Notes under the pieces: generated by a model
Databases searched by the model: none
Told to the model about the DNA's origin: nothing
Seen by the model: only the letters and a program-made list of their open reading frames with translations
Assembly: GCA_004022145.1 (NCBI GenBank)
Contig: RCNU01000004.1
Direction: 5' to 3' (one strand)
DNA length: 64,000 nucleotides
Source: Paecilomyces variotii
Taxonomy: Eukaryota
Position numbers and translations under genes: made by a program
Part shown: in pieces, positions 27,306-38,453 of the stretch
Layout: the number at the start of each line of letters is the position of its first letter
Position numbering within the stretch: position 1 is the first letter of the stretch

Positions 27306-29857
27306 ACGGTCCCAACCGACCGAGCCTCAGTTTTGCAATCTCAAAATGACCGGTTAATCTGCAGCGGGACTGGATTGGACATTTCAATACTCAAATAATC
27401 ATCATCACATGTTCTCTTTTCATGGAACCTTTTCAGTGATGTGGAGTTGTGCACAAAGTTGGCCGGAGAGCCATCGGGGACGGTGTATCGCATGTCGATA
27501 AAGTATGAACGAATGAGATAATGATCCTCCAAAAAAAAATTAGTTTCACCTGCAGAGCCTGGATTGCTTGTCCTTTGGAAGACCTTCTCTGTTGTAGTCT
27601 GAAAAGGTAACCATCTCAGAAAAAAAGAAAAGGAAAGAAAAAATAGTGTAGCGGTCATTAGTTTTGTCACTCGGATCTCCACCTTGAGCAGAACGTAAGC
27701 TCTTCTTCCCATTACATACATAACCAGCTCGGTCTCTGGGGAATTCCATTAGGATCGTTTTGGTATCTTTTCAGTCATCAAAAGAAGCCGCCGTGTATTT
27801 TGTCACATAATACGAAGTAAGAAGAATCGAGGACCCGAGGAATTGGAAATGATGTCATTCTTTTCGAACCACCAAGTTACCTTCTGGAGCTAGTCATGTC
27901 CTCGTCTTCTGCCTGAACGAGTTCCACTCATAGAGATAAATTGCCTAAGCATGCTGGAGAGTCTAACGCCAGTTATTATTTATGTATTTATCCATCACTA
28001 CAGTTCGGTCTCTTTATTTAGGGAATTTCTTTTTCGCTGTATATTGAGAAAAGTCTGCTTGGTACTAACTAACTGCACATCGTCTGATGTATCGATACGT
28101 ATGTGTAGTTATATATATATATCCTATGAATGAAATAGGAGAATGTCCAGTTTGATCTTTGATCCGCCACGGTCTATGAGATTTGATCTGAAAAACCTTA
28201 TTGATAGCTTAGCAGGGAGTTGTAGGTGAGTTATGCCATGCTTTGTGGCATTAGAAATATATATATAAATATATATATAAATAGAAAGCGCCCGTCGCGT
28301 CCTTGGATTCTGTCTAAGGTTGCATTGCAGCATCTGTTTGAAACTTTGATGACCTTTTAAGGTTCAGGATGAATCACTTGTTGCTTGGCATGCATGCGGG
28401 CAATAATAGAGTCCTTGAGTGTGATAAATCCTGTTGGATAGTGAGGTATGTTATATTAAGTATGTAGTTAGTTGGTTAACTAGTTAACTATTGTGTTAGT
28501 ATCAGTCAGCAAGCACTGTTCAATAACTGACTACTAACGAACTACTCGAACGATCTGGGGTAACTGGATCACGAGTAGATGCGTGGGGCTCATGAAGGAA
28601 TGCGAGATCTAGTCAGTAGTAGGTAGTCTCGAGCAGTGATCAACTGAGTACCTAGATGGTACTTTTTCGTAATCGCGTGACGGCTTGCGACGATGTATGG
28701 TACCCCGTATAAAAGTTTTATTTCACCAGTGTTGGCCTTCAGCTCCATTATTCAGGTCCCGCCATGTTTATCCACAAGGAAAGGAAACAAGCGATAGGAA
28801 GAGCTGAGAAGGGCGGGGGACTGATCGTCCCCAGTGTTTTTGTTCCACAGCGGCGAGTGAGCGAGGTTCGGTTAACCTGTCAAAGTCCAACGATGCCGCA
28901 TGTCTCAGACGGTCTAGCCCCCCGTTTGTCCACAAGCGTTGCGCAACCACGCAAAAATAGTATCCAGTCAAAAGCCCAATCAGGGCGGACACGATGGAGT
29001 GTTGTCTTCTTGGCATTTGTTGTCTTTTTCTCTTTCTTTGCAGCGGAGGAAGAAGAAATCTTGAGGGACAGGGCTGAGAGAAAAAGATGAAAGATTTGAA
29101 GAGGTTGGATCAGAAGATGAATAGGAGAGAGCTGGGGAAGAGTGAGTATCTGACTTGCATTCGTCGCTGCATGAGATCGGGGTCTTGGTGAGATCCTACT
29201 GGTCTCTGATCATTCGTAGCGTGTTGATCGGTCTTAGATAGTCTCAGGTCTGATGGACAACCGCTTATCTTAGGTCGAGTAGAATTTCTAAGTCCATGAC
29301 TCGTGCCCTCCGGACAAAAGGTCTCGTGTCCATTATTATTATTGTTGTCAGGTTTGGCTCTCGTCGTCGAATATTCTTTTCTTCCATCGACCTTCCCACT
29401 GCCTGTGGCAACTTGCTGCGTATCCTCATTTCCTCGCTCGTCCAGGACCACGCATTGGATCGCTCTTCCGTAGATCGTTCTTCGCCCGCCGACCCGCCGT
29501 TACCAGTCCAGGCCCTATTATTGCGCTTCAAAACTGCTGGAGACCCGCCTCCACGAGAGGCCAATAACGCCCAACTGGGCTACTTATGGCCTGTGTGCTT
29601 TTCTAACGCCCAGCGTCATTAACTTATTCTCATCGAAGGGGATCTGCATCTTGCCATCGTCTCTCCCGCAGCCCATTTCGATCGTTCCCAACTGCTCCCT
29701 TCGTTTGCATCGTCCTCGTTCGTTCGTTAAATCGTCGAGATACTGGTGGTGGACACACGTGGCTGTGTCTGGGCGTGGGAATCATCGGCCGATGCCTGCT
29801 GCTGTGTCGTTGAGCTGGGAAGCGTTGCTGGGTCAGGGTGCATAAGTAAACGCGGCA

Positions 29858-32844
29858 ATGGATCGCATCAGCGACCTTGCGCGACGGCAAAACGACTCGC
29901 CAGCAGCACAGTTCTTGCAGCTTATCCAGAACCCATTCAAGTCTGCGGTAGGTCATGAGAGAAAGAGATTCGGTTCCAGTGTCTTGGAGGATCTGCTTTG
30001 ATCGACAGTGCACGTTCGACTGACCGGTGTCGTTTGCAATAGTTCCAAGTCAATGCCATCTGGGCCTCGCTGGGCACCTCTATCGGCATCTCCATCCTCC
30101 TCGTCCTGCTCTTTTCCTTCCTGCGACCTCGTCACTCCCTTGTGTACGCTCCGAAGAAGAAATATGCCGACCAACTGCACGCCCCGCCCCCGGTGGGCAA
30201 AGGCTTGTTCGCATGGCTCAAACCGGTCCTTAAGACCAAGGAAGATGATCTGGTCGACAGAATCGGTCTCGATGCCACCGTCTTCCTACGCTTCGCCAAG
30301 ATGCTGCGGAATATATTCATCTGTCTCAGCATCATTGGCTGCACCGTCATGATCCCCGTCAATCTCGCTGAGAGCTCGAGCGAACAGACGGCCCAATTCA
30401 GCAAATTTTCCCTCATGACACCCATGTATGTTTCCACAACTGCGATTTGGAGTCAGGTCGTTATGGCGTGGGCCTTTGATGCGATTGCGATCTACTTCCT
30501 ATGGCGCAACTACGTTGGGATCTGCGCTCTACGCAGGAGATACTTCGAGAGTTCAGAATATCAACGTAGTTTGCATGCGAGGACGTTAATGGTCACCGAC
30601 ATCCCTCAGCCTCTCCGATCAGATGAGGGTCTATTGCGCCTGACAGATGAAATTAATCCGACGGCTGCTTTGCCTAGGGCAGCAATTGGACGCAACGTCA
30701 AAGATTTGCCGCGACTCATCAAGGAGCATGAGGAGACAGTGAGGAAGTTGGAATCCGTACTTTCTAAATACTTGAAGAACCCTGATCGCTTGCCTTCAAA
30801 ACGTCCGACTATTCGCCCGCCCAAGAAGTACAAGGGCGATCGCTACGATGGAAAAGTCGACGCGATCGACTATCTGACAGATCGCATCCGTGAGTTGGAA
30901 GTGGAAATCAAAGATGTTCGTGATTCAATTGACAAGCGTAACGCCATGCCCTATGGGTTCGCCAGCTGGGAGTCTATCGAGCATGCCCACGCGGCCGCTT
31001 ACATGGCACGACGGAAGCATCCTCAGGGCACGACGATCCGCCTGGCTCCTCGGCCGCATGATATCATTTGGGAGAATCTACCGCTGTCCAAGCGGGCCAG
31101 AAAATGGAAACGCTTTATGAACTATATCTGGACCAGTATCTTGACTATTGTCTGGATCGCTCCTAATGCGCTAATTGCCGTTTTTCTCTCGGATTTGTCC
31201 AACTTAGGTCTTGTCTGGCCGGCCTTCCAGACATCCCTGAACCAGAACAGCGATGTGTGGGCGGCAGTTCAGGGTATCGCAGCTCCTCTCCTGACATCCT
31301 TGGTCTACCTTATCCTGCCTATACTCTTCCGACGCATGGCCATACGAGCAGGAGATGTGACCAAGACTTCCCGTGAGCGACACGTCATTCGCCATCTCTA
31401 CTCCTTCTTCGTGATCAATAACCTGATCGTTTTCTCCACATTTTCTGCGGCATGGGCCTTCGTCTCAGCAGTTGTCGATGCCAAGAACCATGACGAGAAC
31501 GCCTGGAAGGCCATTCAGGACGGAGAGTTCTATGAGAAAGTCATGAGTGCTCTCTGCCAGGTGTCTCCATTCTGGGTCTCATGGCTTCTTCAGCGCAATC
31601 TTGGAGCGATGATCGATCTGGCTCAGTTGCTGAGTCTGGTCTGGATCTGGTTCTCTAAGACGTTCCTGTCTCCGACGCCGCGGCAGACTATCCAATGGAC
31701 CGCTCCTCCGCCATTTGACTATGCCAGCTATTACAACTATTTCCTCTTCTACGCTACCGTGGCTCTGTGTTTTTCCACTCTCCAACCGGTCGTGCTCCTT
31801 GCGACAGCGCTCTACTTCGGACTGGATGCGTGGCTGAAGAAGTATCTGCTGCTATACATTTTCGTGACCAAGACGGAATCAGGTGGCCGCTTCTGGAGAG
31901 TGCTGTTCAACCGGATGATCTTTGCCATCCTTCTCTCCAATATCATTATTGCATTAGTTATCCGGGCCAAGGGCACGTGGACGCAGGTTTATTGCATGAT
32001 CCCCCTCCCCTTCTTGCTCATAGGGTTCAAGTTCTTCTGCAAGAGGAAGTTCGATGATAACATGCAATTCTATAACAAGGCAAACTTGACCGATTCGGAA
32101 GCACTGGGTGTGGGCAAGCCTGGCAAGAAGGCAGGGGATCGGCTCTATTCCAGATTCGGACACCCAGCTCTTAACAAGCCCTTGCCTACGCCAATGGTGC
32201 ACGCCAAGGCGGCAGAAGCTCTGAAACAGATCTATCGGGGCCGTCTCGGTACCCCAGACTCCTCGGGCGATTATACAGACATCGCTATGCAATCCATGTC
32301 GGCCTTGCAACCCGGAAAGTCCACGGGTCCTTCTGGCTCCGCGCCGTTTGAGGTTGTCCCGGAGAACCAGCTCGACTTCTCTTATTTCAAGAACCGTGCC
32401 GATTTCCGGGACGAGTATGGCGGCGGCATCTACGGACGGCCGGAAGATCTCATCTCGGAACGATCACAAACCCCCAAGAGTTTCATGGGCGAGTGGTCTC
32501 CCAGCTCATCACGGGCATCCTCGCCGGCTCCGTCTGTGCCACCACTTCCCGGACGAAAGGGATACGAAGGTCTGGATATTGCAGATGGTCGTCCAAGCGA
32601 TTTGGATCACCCTGCCTTCCGGCGTCCAGAGTCCCCAGGCGACAACGGGTCACTGGCGCCGGGTATGGGTATGTATAGTCTTCCCAACGAAAGCGAAACC
32701 CGTCTTTTGAACCATGCGCAACAGCCAGCCGCGAACGGTGGACCGAATCCTCTGGATCGATGGCGAACGGGCGGTTACGGCCCTGTCGAGCAGGAAGAGC
32801 AAGATCCCTACACCTCATACGACTACTACCGTGGTCGAAGATAG
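29858..32844 (+). CDS. OSCA/TMEM63 (DUF221, RSN1/PHM7-like) membrane channel
   Basis: Exon 1 29858-29947, intron 29948-30042, in frame with the 900-aa ORF; LRPRHSLVYAPK, GLDATVFLRF, ARTLMV, APRPHDIIWENL, TESGG and many hydrophobic segments. Confidence 0.93.
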
Positions 32845-33229
32845 GCCAGCTCTGTGCTGTAGTCGTCGTCTTCATCTAAGTAATATATTCACGTTGTTGA
32901 TACACCACATATAGACCGGATTTGTTCGAAATCACGCGGGGAAATTTAGGGCGGGATATGTATTGGAAATGGGGCGTCACATGAAATGTATATTTGAACG
33001 CGACGTTGCACGTCAGATTACGATGATGGATGTTTGATTTTCTCTGATTGGGTATGATTAGACTTGATCTAGGTTCTGCCCTGGAGTATGTTATTGCTCC
33101 GGGCAGCATTTTCTGTTTAGAAGCCTCGATGGAATGGTATAGCAATTGGAGCTAGTGGATTTAATACTAAATATGGGAAGTCTCCTGCATAGCATATATG
33201 TACTTTTCATATGGCATGTTTTCCATCAA

Positions 33230-33314
33230 CTATCTACAGCTATGAACATACGGCTGTCGGCGCCCTCCGCGCTGCACCTTTTCAGTCTTATCTTAGCGGC
33301 TTTCCTCCCGATAA
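33230..33314. promoter_or_regulatory. Putative UaY-type site TCGG-N6-CCG flanked by GATA sites
   Basis: TCGG-CGCCCT-CCGC at 33257-33270; CTATCT 33230, TTATCT 33288, CGATAA 33309; about 215 bp upstream of a purine-catabolism gene. Confidence 0.55.
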
Positions 33315-33483
33315 ACTCAACCCCGACAATTCATTGACAGCTCCAGTTCGGAGTACAGTTGCATCTGGCTCAACTCACCCACGATCAATTTAAATCTTAC
33401 CTTTACTCTAGTTCTCGTATATCTTGATTTCAATCAGCAGACTACCTATTTGTGACTTCCACCAGGTTCCTCGTTCCGTCTCA

Positions 33484-34284
33484 ATGCCTGCTCCCACCTT
33501 AACGGCCTCCCCGCCGCGTCTCCGCGTGTCTGCCGCTCCTCTCACGGCCGAAGGCTTCGCGCCCTTTGGAACTGTCATCTCTAGTCCTCTACCGCGCAAC
33601 ATAACGACTGCACCGCAGCATCCCTCTGCCTTTATCCCGCCACATGGTCCTGCTCCGGTGTTGGCAAACCAGGGCTCCGCACTGAAATACAGTCCCATCT
33701 CCCCGCTCCAAGATGGATACACAGGCACTTGCCCAAGTGGCAAGGCGGCTTCTGCAAGAATGAGCATGTTCTCATGCTTCCCGCGAAAACTGAGGTCACT
33801 AGACGACAAATCTTCTTCGGAAGTCCAACTGAACGGATCCTCAGCAGTATTTGACGTTCGGATACTTGAGCGCCACCCTTTCACGACACAAACATTTATC
33901 CCAATCGATCTATCCAGCAAAACCTATGCGGGCGGCCAGGAAGAGCCGAGTTTCCTGGTCATAGTTGCCCCGACATTGAAGGGAGAAACTGCATCGGCTA
34001 CAGATGGATCTGGAAAGACAGTTTCGATCAATGATCCTCCAGATCTGAATAATATCAAGGCATTCATTGCGCGTGGAGGTCAAGCGGTCACCTACGGAGC
34101 GGGGACATGGCATGCACCTATGGTAGTCCTGGGTCAGCGCAGGGTGGATTTTGTAGTTGTGCAGTTCGTCAATGGCGTCGACGAGGAGGATTGTCAGGAA
34201 GCAGCTTTTAAGGAAGGGGTTATGGTTGAGCTGAGAGCAGATGGGGGCGTTACGAAAGGGCTCTGGCAACCTTCTAAATTATAG
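33484..34284 (+). CDS. Ureidoglycolate lyase/hydrolase (Dal3/AllA family)
   Basis: ATG 33484; PLTAEGFAPFG, ANQGSA, LERHPFTTQTFIP, QAVTYGAGTWHAPM. Confidence 0.93.
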   Translation: MPAPTLTASPPRLRVSAAPLTAEGFAPFGTVISSPLPRNITTAPQHPSAFIPPHGPAPVLANQGSALKYSPISPLQDGYTGTCPSGKAASARMSMFSCFPRKLRSLDDKSSSEVQLNGSSAVFDVRILERHPFTTQTFIPIDLSSKTYAGGQEEPSFLVIVAPTLKGETASATDGSGKTVSINDPPDLNNIKAFIARGGQAVTYGAGTWHAPMVVLGQRRVDFVVVQFVNGVDEEDCQEAAFKEGVMVELRADGGVTKGLWQPSKL

Positions 34285-34407
34285 AATGTGGGGTCGTCGG
34301 ATATACATATGAATCGAAATTGTTAATGCGGGGGTTGAGGAATAGACAGACATCAATAGGTCACTATGCTTCTGCACCATTCAATATTCGACATATATAT
34401 TGAAATC

Positions 34408-34523
34408 TGTCGGAGCGTGCCTACAGCCAGACCTCTGTCAGGTACACTTCTAGCTCCACCCACAGAGATAAATAAGCTGGGCTAGTTGCTAGAGAATTCA
34501 AGATCAGCGAGCTTCGCTCCGGA
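34408..34523 (+). mobile_element. Mini solo-LTR-like element, copy 1 (116 bp), TSD AAATC
   Basis: TGTCGGAG...CTTCGCTCCGGA; AAATC at 34403-34407 and 34524-34528; homologous to the copies at 38324 and 44762 in opposite orientation. Confidence 0.85.
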
Positions 34524-34690
34524 AAATCGATTAAACCAGCATATACTATCGAGCGATATACGGTCTTGTCTTGTATAATTACCCTACTGGAACGCTCGAA
34601 TAACTAAACATTTGCGAGTTGGTGGCGTATTGTCCATCAAGTTTTAATTTTGCTTGATAAAGATCCACGGGGATTTATGAGTCATCACAA

Positions 34691-34762
34691 GGGCCTGTGG
34701 CGCAACGGTAGCGCGTTCGACTCCAGATCGAAAGGTTGTTGGTTCAAATCCTGCCGGGCTCA
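34691..34762 (+). tRNA. tRNA-Trp (CCA), intronless
   Basis: Acceptor GGGCCTG/CGGGCTC, D arm GCGC/GCGC, anticodon arm TTCGA-CTCCAGA-TCGAA, T loop TTCAAAT (one T-T mismatch in the T stem), downstream T-run. Confidence 0.92.
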
Positions 34763-35244
34763 TGTGTCTTTCTTTTTCATTTATTGTTTTTTTTTTACGT
34801 CTCTCTCAGCTGCTCTTGGCTGAAAAGGTATCCTCGAGAAAGGGCACATGCCTTCGGTTTCCTCGGAAGGGCTGCCTACCAATAGTATTTAAACATTAAC
34901 TGACCGTGTTCAAGCGCCTACGGGAAATTTACGAAAAATTAAAGCAACCTTCTTTCACTGCTCAGTTCAGCTATACGGGAACGGTTTCCTAGCAGATCCC
35001 AAGGTTACAGAGGATATGCCATAAATATGAGTATATATCCTCGATCGATTTTTATTTCCTAGCGCTGGCACTGCGTGCTATTTCATTCCTCGATACCTTC
35101 CTTTCTTACTCGCTCCACGCGAAACTTTTTGTCTTGCTAACACGCCGGCAAAAAGGGAAGAGAAAAAAGATCTTTTCTCCTTGCAGCATCATTCTTTCGC
35201 AGGAGGGTTTCTTGGATGATATTAGCGAGAAATTATCTTTAAAT

Positions 35245-35360
35245 GACAGGGTGGCCGAGTGGTTATGGCGACAGGCTTAAGTTAAGGATTGGCGTCTTTT
35301 GGACGCGGTCTGGAGTCCTGTTGTAGAGATACATCCTGGGTTCGAACCCCAGTCCTGTCA
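35245..35360 (+). tRNA. tRNA-Leu (UAA) with 34-nt intron 35282-35315
   Basis: Acceptor GACAGGG/TCCTGTC, A box TGGCCGAGTGG, anticodon stem ACAGG/CCTGT with CT-TAA-G, long variable arm TGTA-GAGA-TACA, T arm CTGGG-TTCGAAC-CCCAG, TTTTT terminator. Confidence 0.92.
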
Positions 35361-35702
35361 TCAGTTTTTATCTCCCTTTGTTAGTTATATCTCGTAGTTT
35401 TACCGCGACATGTAAATGTACAATTTTTTTTTTTTGGCTCAATTGTAAGGTAAAGAAGTATTTAACTAATACAGTTCTTAAAGTTGCTATTATTTCGGCT
35501 GATGCTTTTCACTATTAGCGCGCCAGCTTCTGCTTCTACTGTTCAGGGTACTGCTACTGATGCCACGGTTGCTTAGGCAAAGCCTACAGAGGCAGGCTTC
35601 CATTCATATCTTCAACACCCCCGAGTCAACATCAGATTCATTTTGCTATCTCTTCCATCTACAGATTCTCACGCGATAAAGCTGCCTTCCTTCACTCAGA
35701 CC

Positions 35703-37201
35703 ATGTTGGCATCGCTTCTGCGGTCTTTACCCCAGCTCGGGCGGAGATGGAAGCCCCTTGATTTCTCCAACCCGAACTTCGTTCGGATACATGAGCATCA
35801 CAAAATTGAAGAAGAGACCCTCCCAGACTATATTGCTTCCCGGTATTATCCCACTCGAATAGGAGAAGTCATTAGGGAGCGATATCAAGTCGTAGGCAAA
35901 TTGGGATTTGGATCTACCTCAACTGCCTGGCTTGCACGTGACATGAAGTTAAGATCTCTCTTGATTTATACCAGTACGCTTATGCACTATAATTACAGTG
36001 GCCGTCGTTATGTTATGCTCAAAATCTTCATCCAGGCTTCGTCTATGGGCCAGCTAGTGGATAACGAGCTCAAGATGTATAGACGCATGGAGCAATCCCC
36101 AAAAGGCCATCCTGGGCGTGATGCTGTTAGAACGCTACTTGATACTTTTTACATCGATGGGCCTGAAGATAAGCATCAATGCCTTGTGCATCCCCTATTA
36201 TGGGAGAGTGTTTTGACTTTCTTACGCCGCAACCCAGTAGAGAGGCTGCCTTCAGCGGTCGTAGCATACATTCTTCGGCGCCTTTTTTTGGCATTGGATT
36301 ATCTACATACGGAGTGCCAGATCATACATACTGGTTTGTTGTGTTCCGATTTGTCCTCACCCTACTTCTATAATTTACTCACTCCTTTTTCTATTAGATA
36401 TAAAGGCTGATAATATCATGCTCGGTATCAACGATGATTCGGTCTTTAGCGACTTCGAGGAGAAGGAGCTTCAACGCCCTGTTCCGAGGAAGGAGGTGGA
36501 CATGGACGGGAGAACAATCTACATGTCCCGGGATCTCAGAATGCCTAATGATTTGGGTGCCCCAGTCCTATGCGATTTTGGTTCGGCCGTGCTCGGCAAC
36601 CAATACCACACGGAATTCATTCAACCTAATATCTATCGAGCACCGGAAGTAATTCTAGGAGTTCCATGGACGTATAGCGTCGATGTATGGAACGTGGGGT
36701 GCATGGTATGATAAACAGGCTGATTATTATGGTACGAGAATTGCTGAAAACTACAATATAGATTTGGGATATTTACGAAGGCGGTTCCTTGTTCACCGGC
36801 CAAGACCCCGAATTTCAGAAGTACCGAAGTCGAGCTCACCTCGCTGATATGATAAATCTTCTTGGTCCCCCGCCGCCTAGTCTTCTTGCCCAAGGGAAGC
36901 TAAGAGACAAATTCTTCTCAGGTGAAGGCAAGTCAAGCTTCTTGTTATCTTATCGAGGTCTTACTATCTGGTGAATTTTGGTCCAAATCCGCTAACTATA
37001 TACGACTCTCTAGGTGATTTCCGCGCTAAAAACCTATTAAAGGATCAAGTTCCACTTGAGGAGCGGGAAACTACACTCGAGGGAGAAGAGGAGAGAGAAG
37101 CTTTTTTACGCCTAATGCGAAAAATGCTGCAGTGGGAGCCCGGCAAGCGTAGCTCTGCTAAGGAGCTAGGGGAGGACGAATGGATACACAAGCATTTATA
37201 A
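35703..37201 (+). CDS. SRPK-like (CMGC) Ser/Thr protein kinase of the expanded fungal subfamily
   Basis: YYPTRIGEVIRERYQVVGKLGFGSTSTAWLARD, HT|DIKADN across an intron, CDFG, YRAPEVILG, DVWNVGCM; four introns. Confidence 0.9.
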
Positions 37202-37785
37202 TTAATATTAAGTAACTATGCATCAAGGAATGGAAGCCTAACTACAGAGGCCTTGCAGCTAGGAAGAGAACGAGACAGCGATGCTTCACATCCATCTCAG
37301 TTAGCTATAGAACGAAAGAACGCCACCCATTTTCTAGGTTAGTACTACTACTAGGTTTAGTCACCCACGCACAGGATTTTGATATGAGTATGGAAGAAAC
37401 GAGGTTTCTACTATCGCAATAAGCAGGGCTGTCGGATCCCTACCCTATCTCAAGCGAGCTGTGCGCCCATGGACACGGCGGTTCAGCATATGGATTCTTC
37501 TGATTCTGACTCCAGCCCAGTAGCGCAGGAAGCCAAGTGATGTCGTCTCCGTCCAGCCGAGAGTCAGCGCTTTTTGTAACTGCTGGGCTTTGCAGCCGAG
37601 CTCATCGTGGAGCCTCTGTATTGTTTTCTAGATATCATTGGCCAAGGAAACCATTTTGGTTGGAGACTCGAACTATTAGTGGCGTAAATGAATTTGTCGT
37701 GTCCCTTTCGCGCTTGCGTGTGGAAGGTGTTGCTACCTCTTTAGTTGCAGAGACTTGTTGCGTTATAAAGCAGGGTTTCCTATTA

Positions 37786-38164
37786 CAGTAAACCCTCGCT
37801 ATAACGAACCTAGCTATAACGAATTTTTCGCTGTAACGAACCGAACAGCGTGTCTAATTCAAACCCCCATACAAAATTCGTTAAATCTGCCCTATAACGA
37901 AATTCGGTACAAATCCCTAGCTGGCCGTCATTTTTGTATGGGGGATTCGTTATAACAAGTAACATGTCACGTGTAAAAATCCTTAAATAGCCAATAAAAA
38001 CCCTTTATTTTCATGTATCTATTACATAATATTGAAAAATTTCTCCCCTTTACCATGATCACATGACGTAAATCACCTTTCCCTAATATTTGATATAACG
38101 AATACCACGCTATAACGAATAAAAGTGCCGGTCTGATTCAATTCGTTATAGCTAGGATTTACTG
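37786..38164. mobile_element. Non-autonomous Tc1/mariner-pogo-type MITE (379 bp), TA TSD
   Basis: 23-bp TIRs CAGTAAACCCTCGCTATAACGAA / TTCGTTATAGCTAGGATTTACTG (2 mismatches); TA at 37784-37785 and 38165-38166; AT-rich interior, no transposase. Confidence 0.92.
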
Positions 38165-38323
38165 TATCAGTAAGTGTAATCCCAGTATTTCCCCGCGGCA
38201 AAGTGAGAATGAAAGCATCGTGTTTCAATAAAATCGTATAATCAGTCAGTAAAACAGCCGAGGAAGGGGGCGAACGAGAGGCTAGACCAGGCTGATCAAG
38301 GTCTGACTAAAGACAGCGAATAA

Positions 38324-38453
38324 TCTGGAGCGAAGCTCGCTGAGCTTGGATTCATCTAGCAACTAGCTCAGCCTATTTATCCCTGTGGGCGGAGGAGCTA
38401 GAAAGGCGTGGGAGAAACCCGACAGGAGGTCTGCCTGTAGGCAGACTCCGACA
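38324..38453 (-). mobile_element. Mini solo-LTR-like element, copy 2 (130 bp), TSD AATAA
   Basis: Plus strand TCTGGAGCGAAGCTCGC...CTCCGACA; AATAA at 38319-38323 and 38454-38458. Confidence 0.88.

Noticed and set aside
34677..34685. Perfect ATGAGTCAT (Gcn4/AP-1 site) 5 bp upstream of tRNA-Trp
   Set aside because: Pol III tRNA promoters are internal and TGA(C/G)TCA occurs at several other places in the window, so it is probably chance.
34691..34762. UGA-readthrough tRNA-Trp with a shortened 4-bp anticodon stem, or a tRNA pseudogene
   Set aside because: The anticodon stem is a full 5 bp (TTCGA/TCGAA). A and B boxes and a terminator are intact, and one T-stem mismatch is not enough to call a pseudogene.
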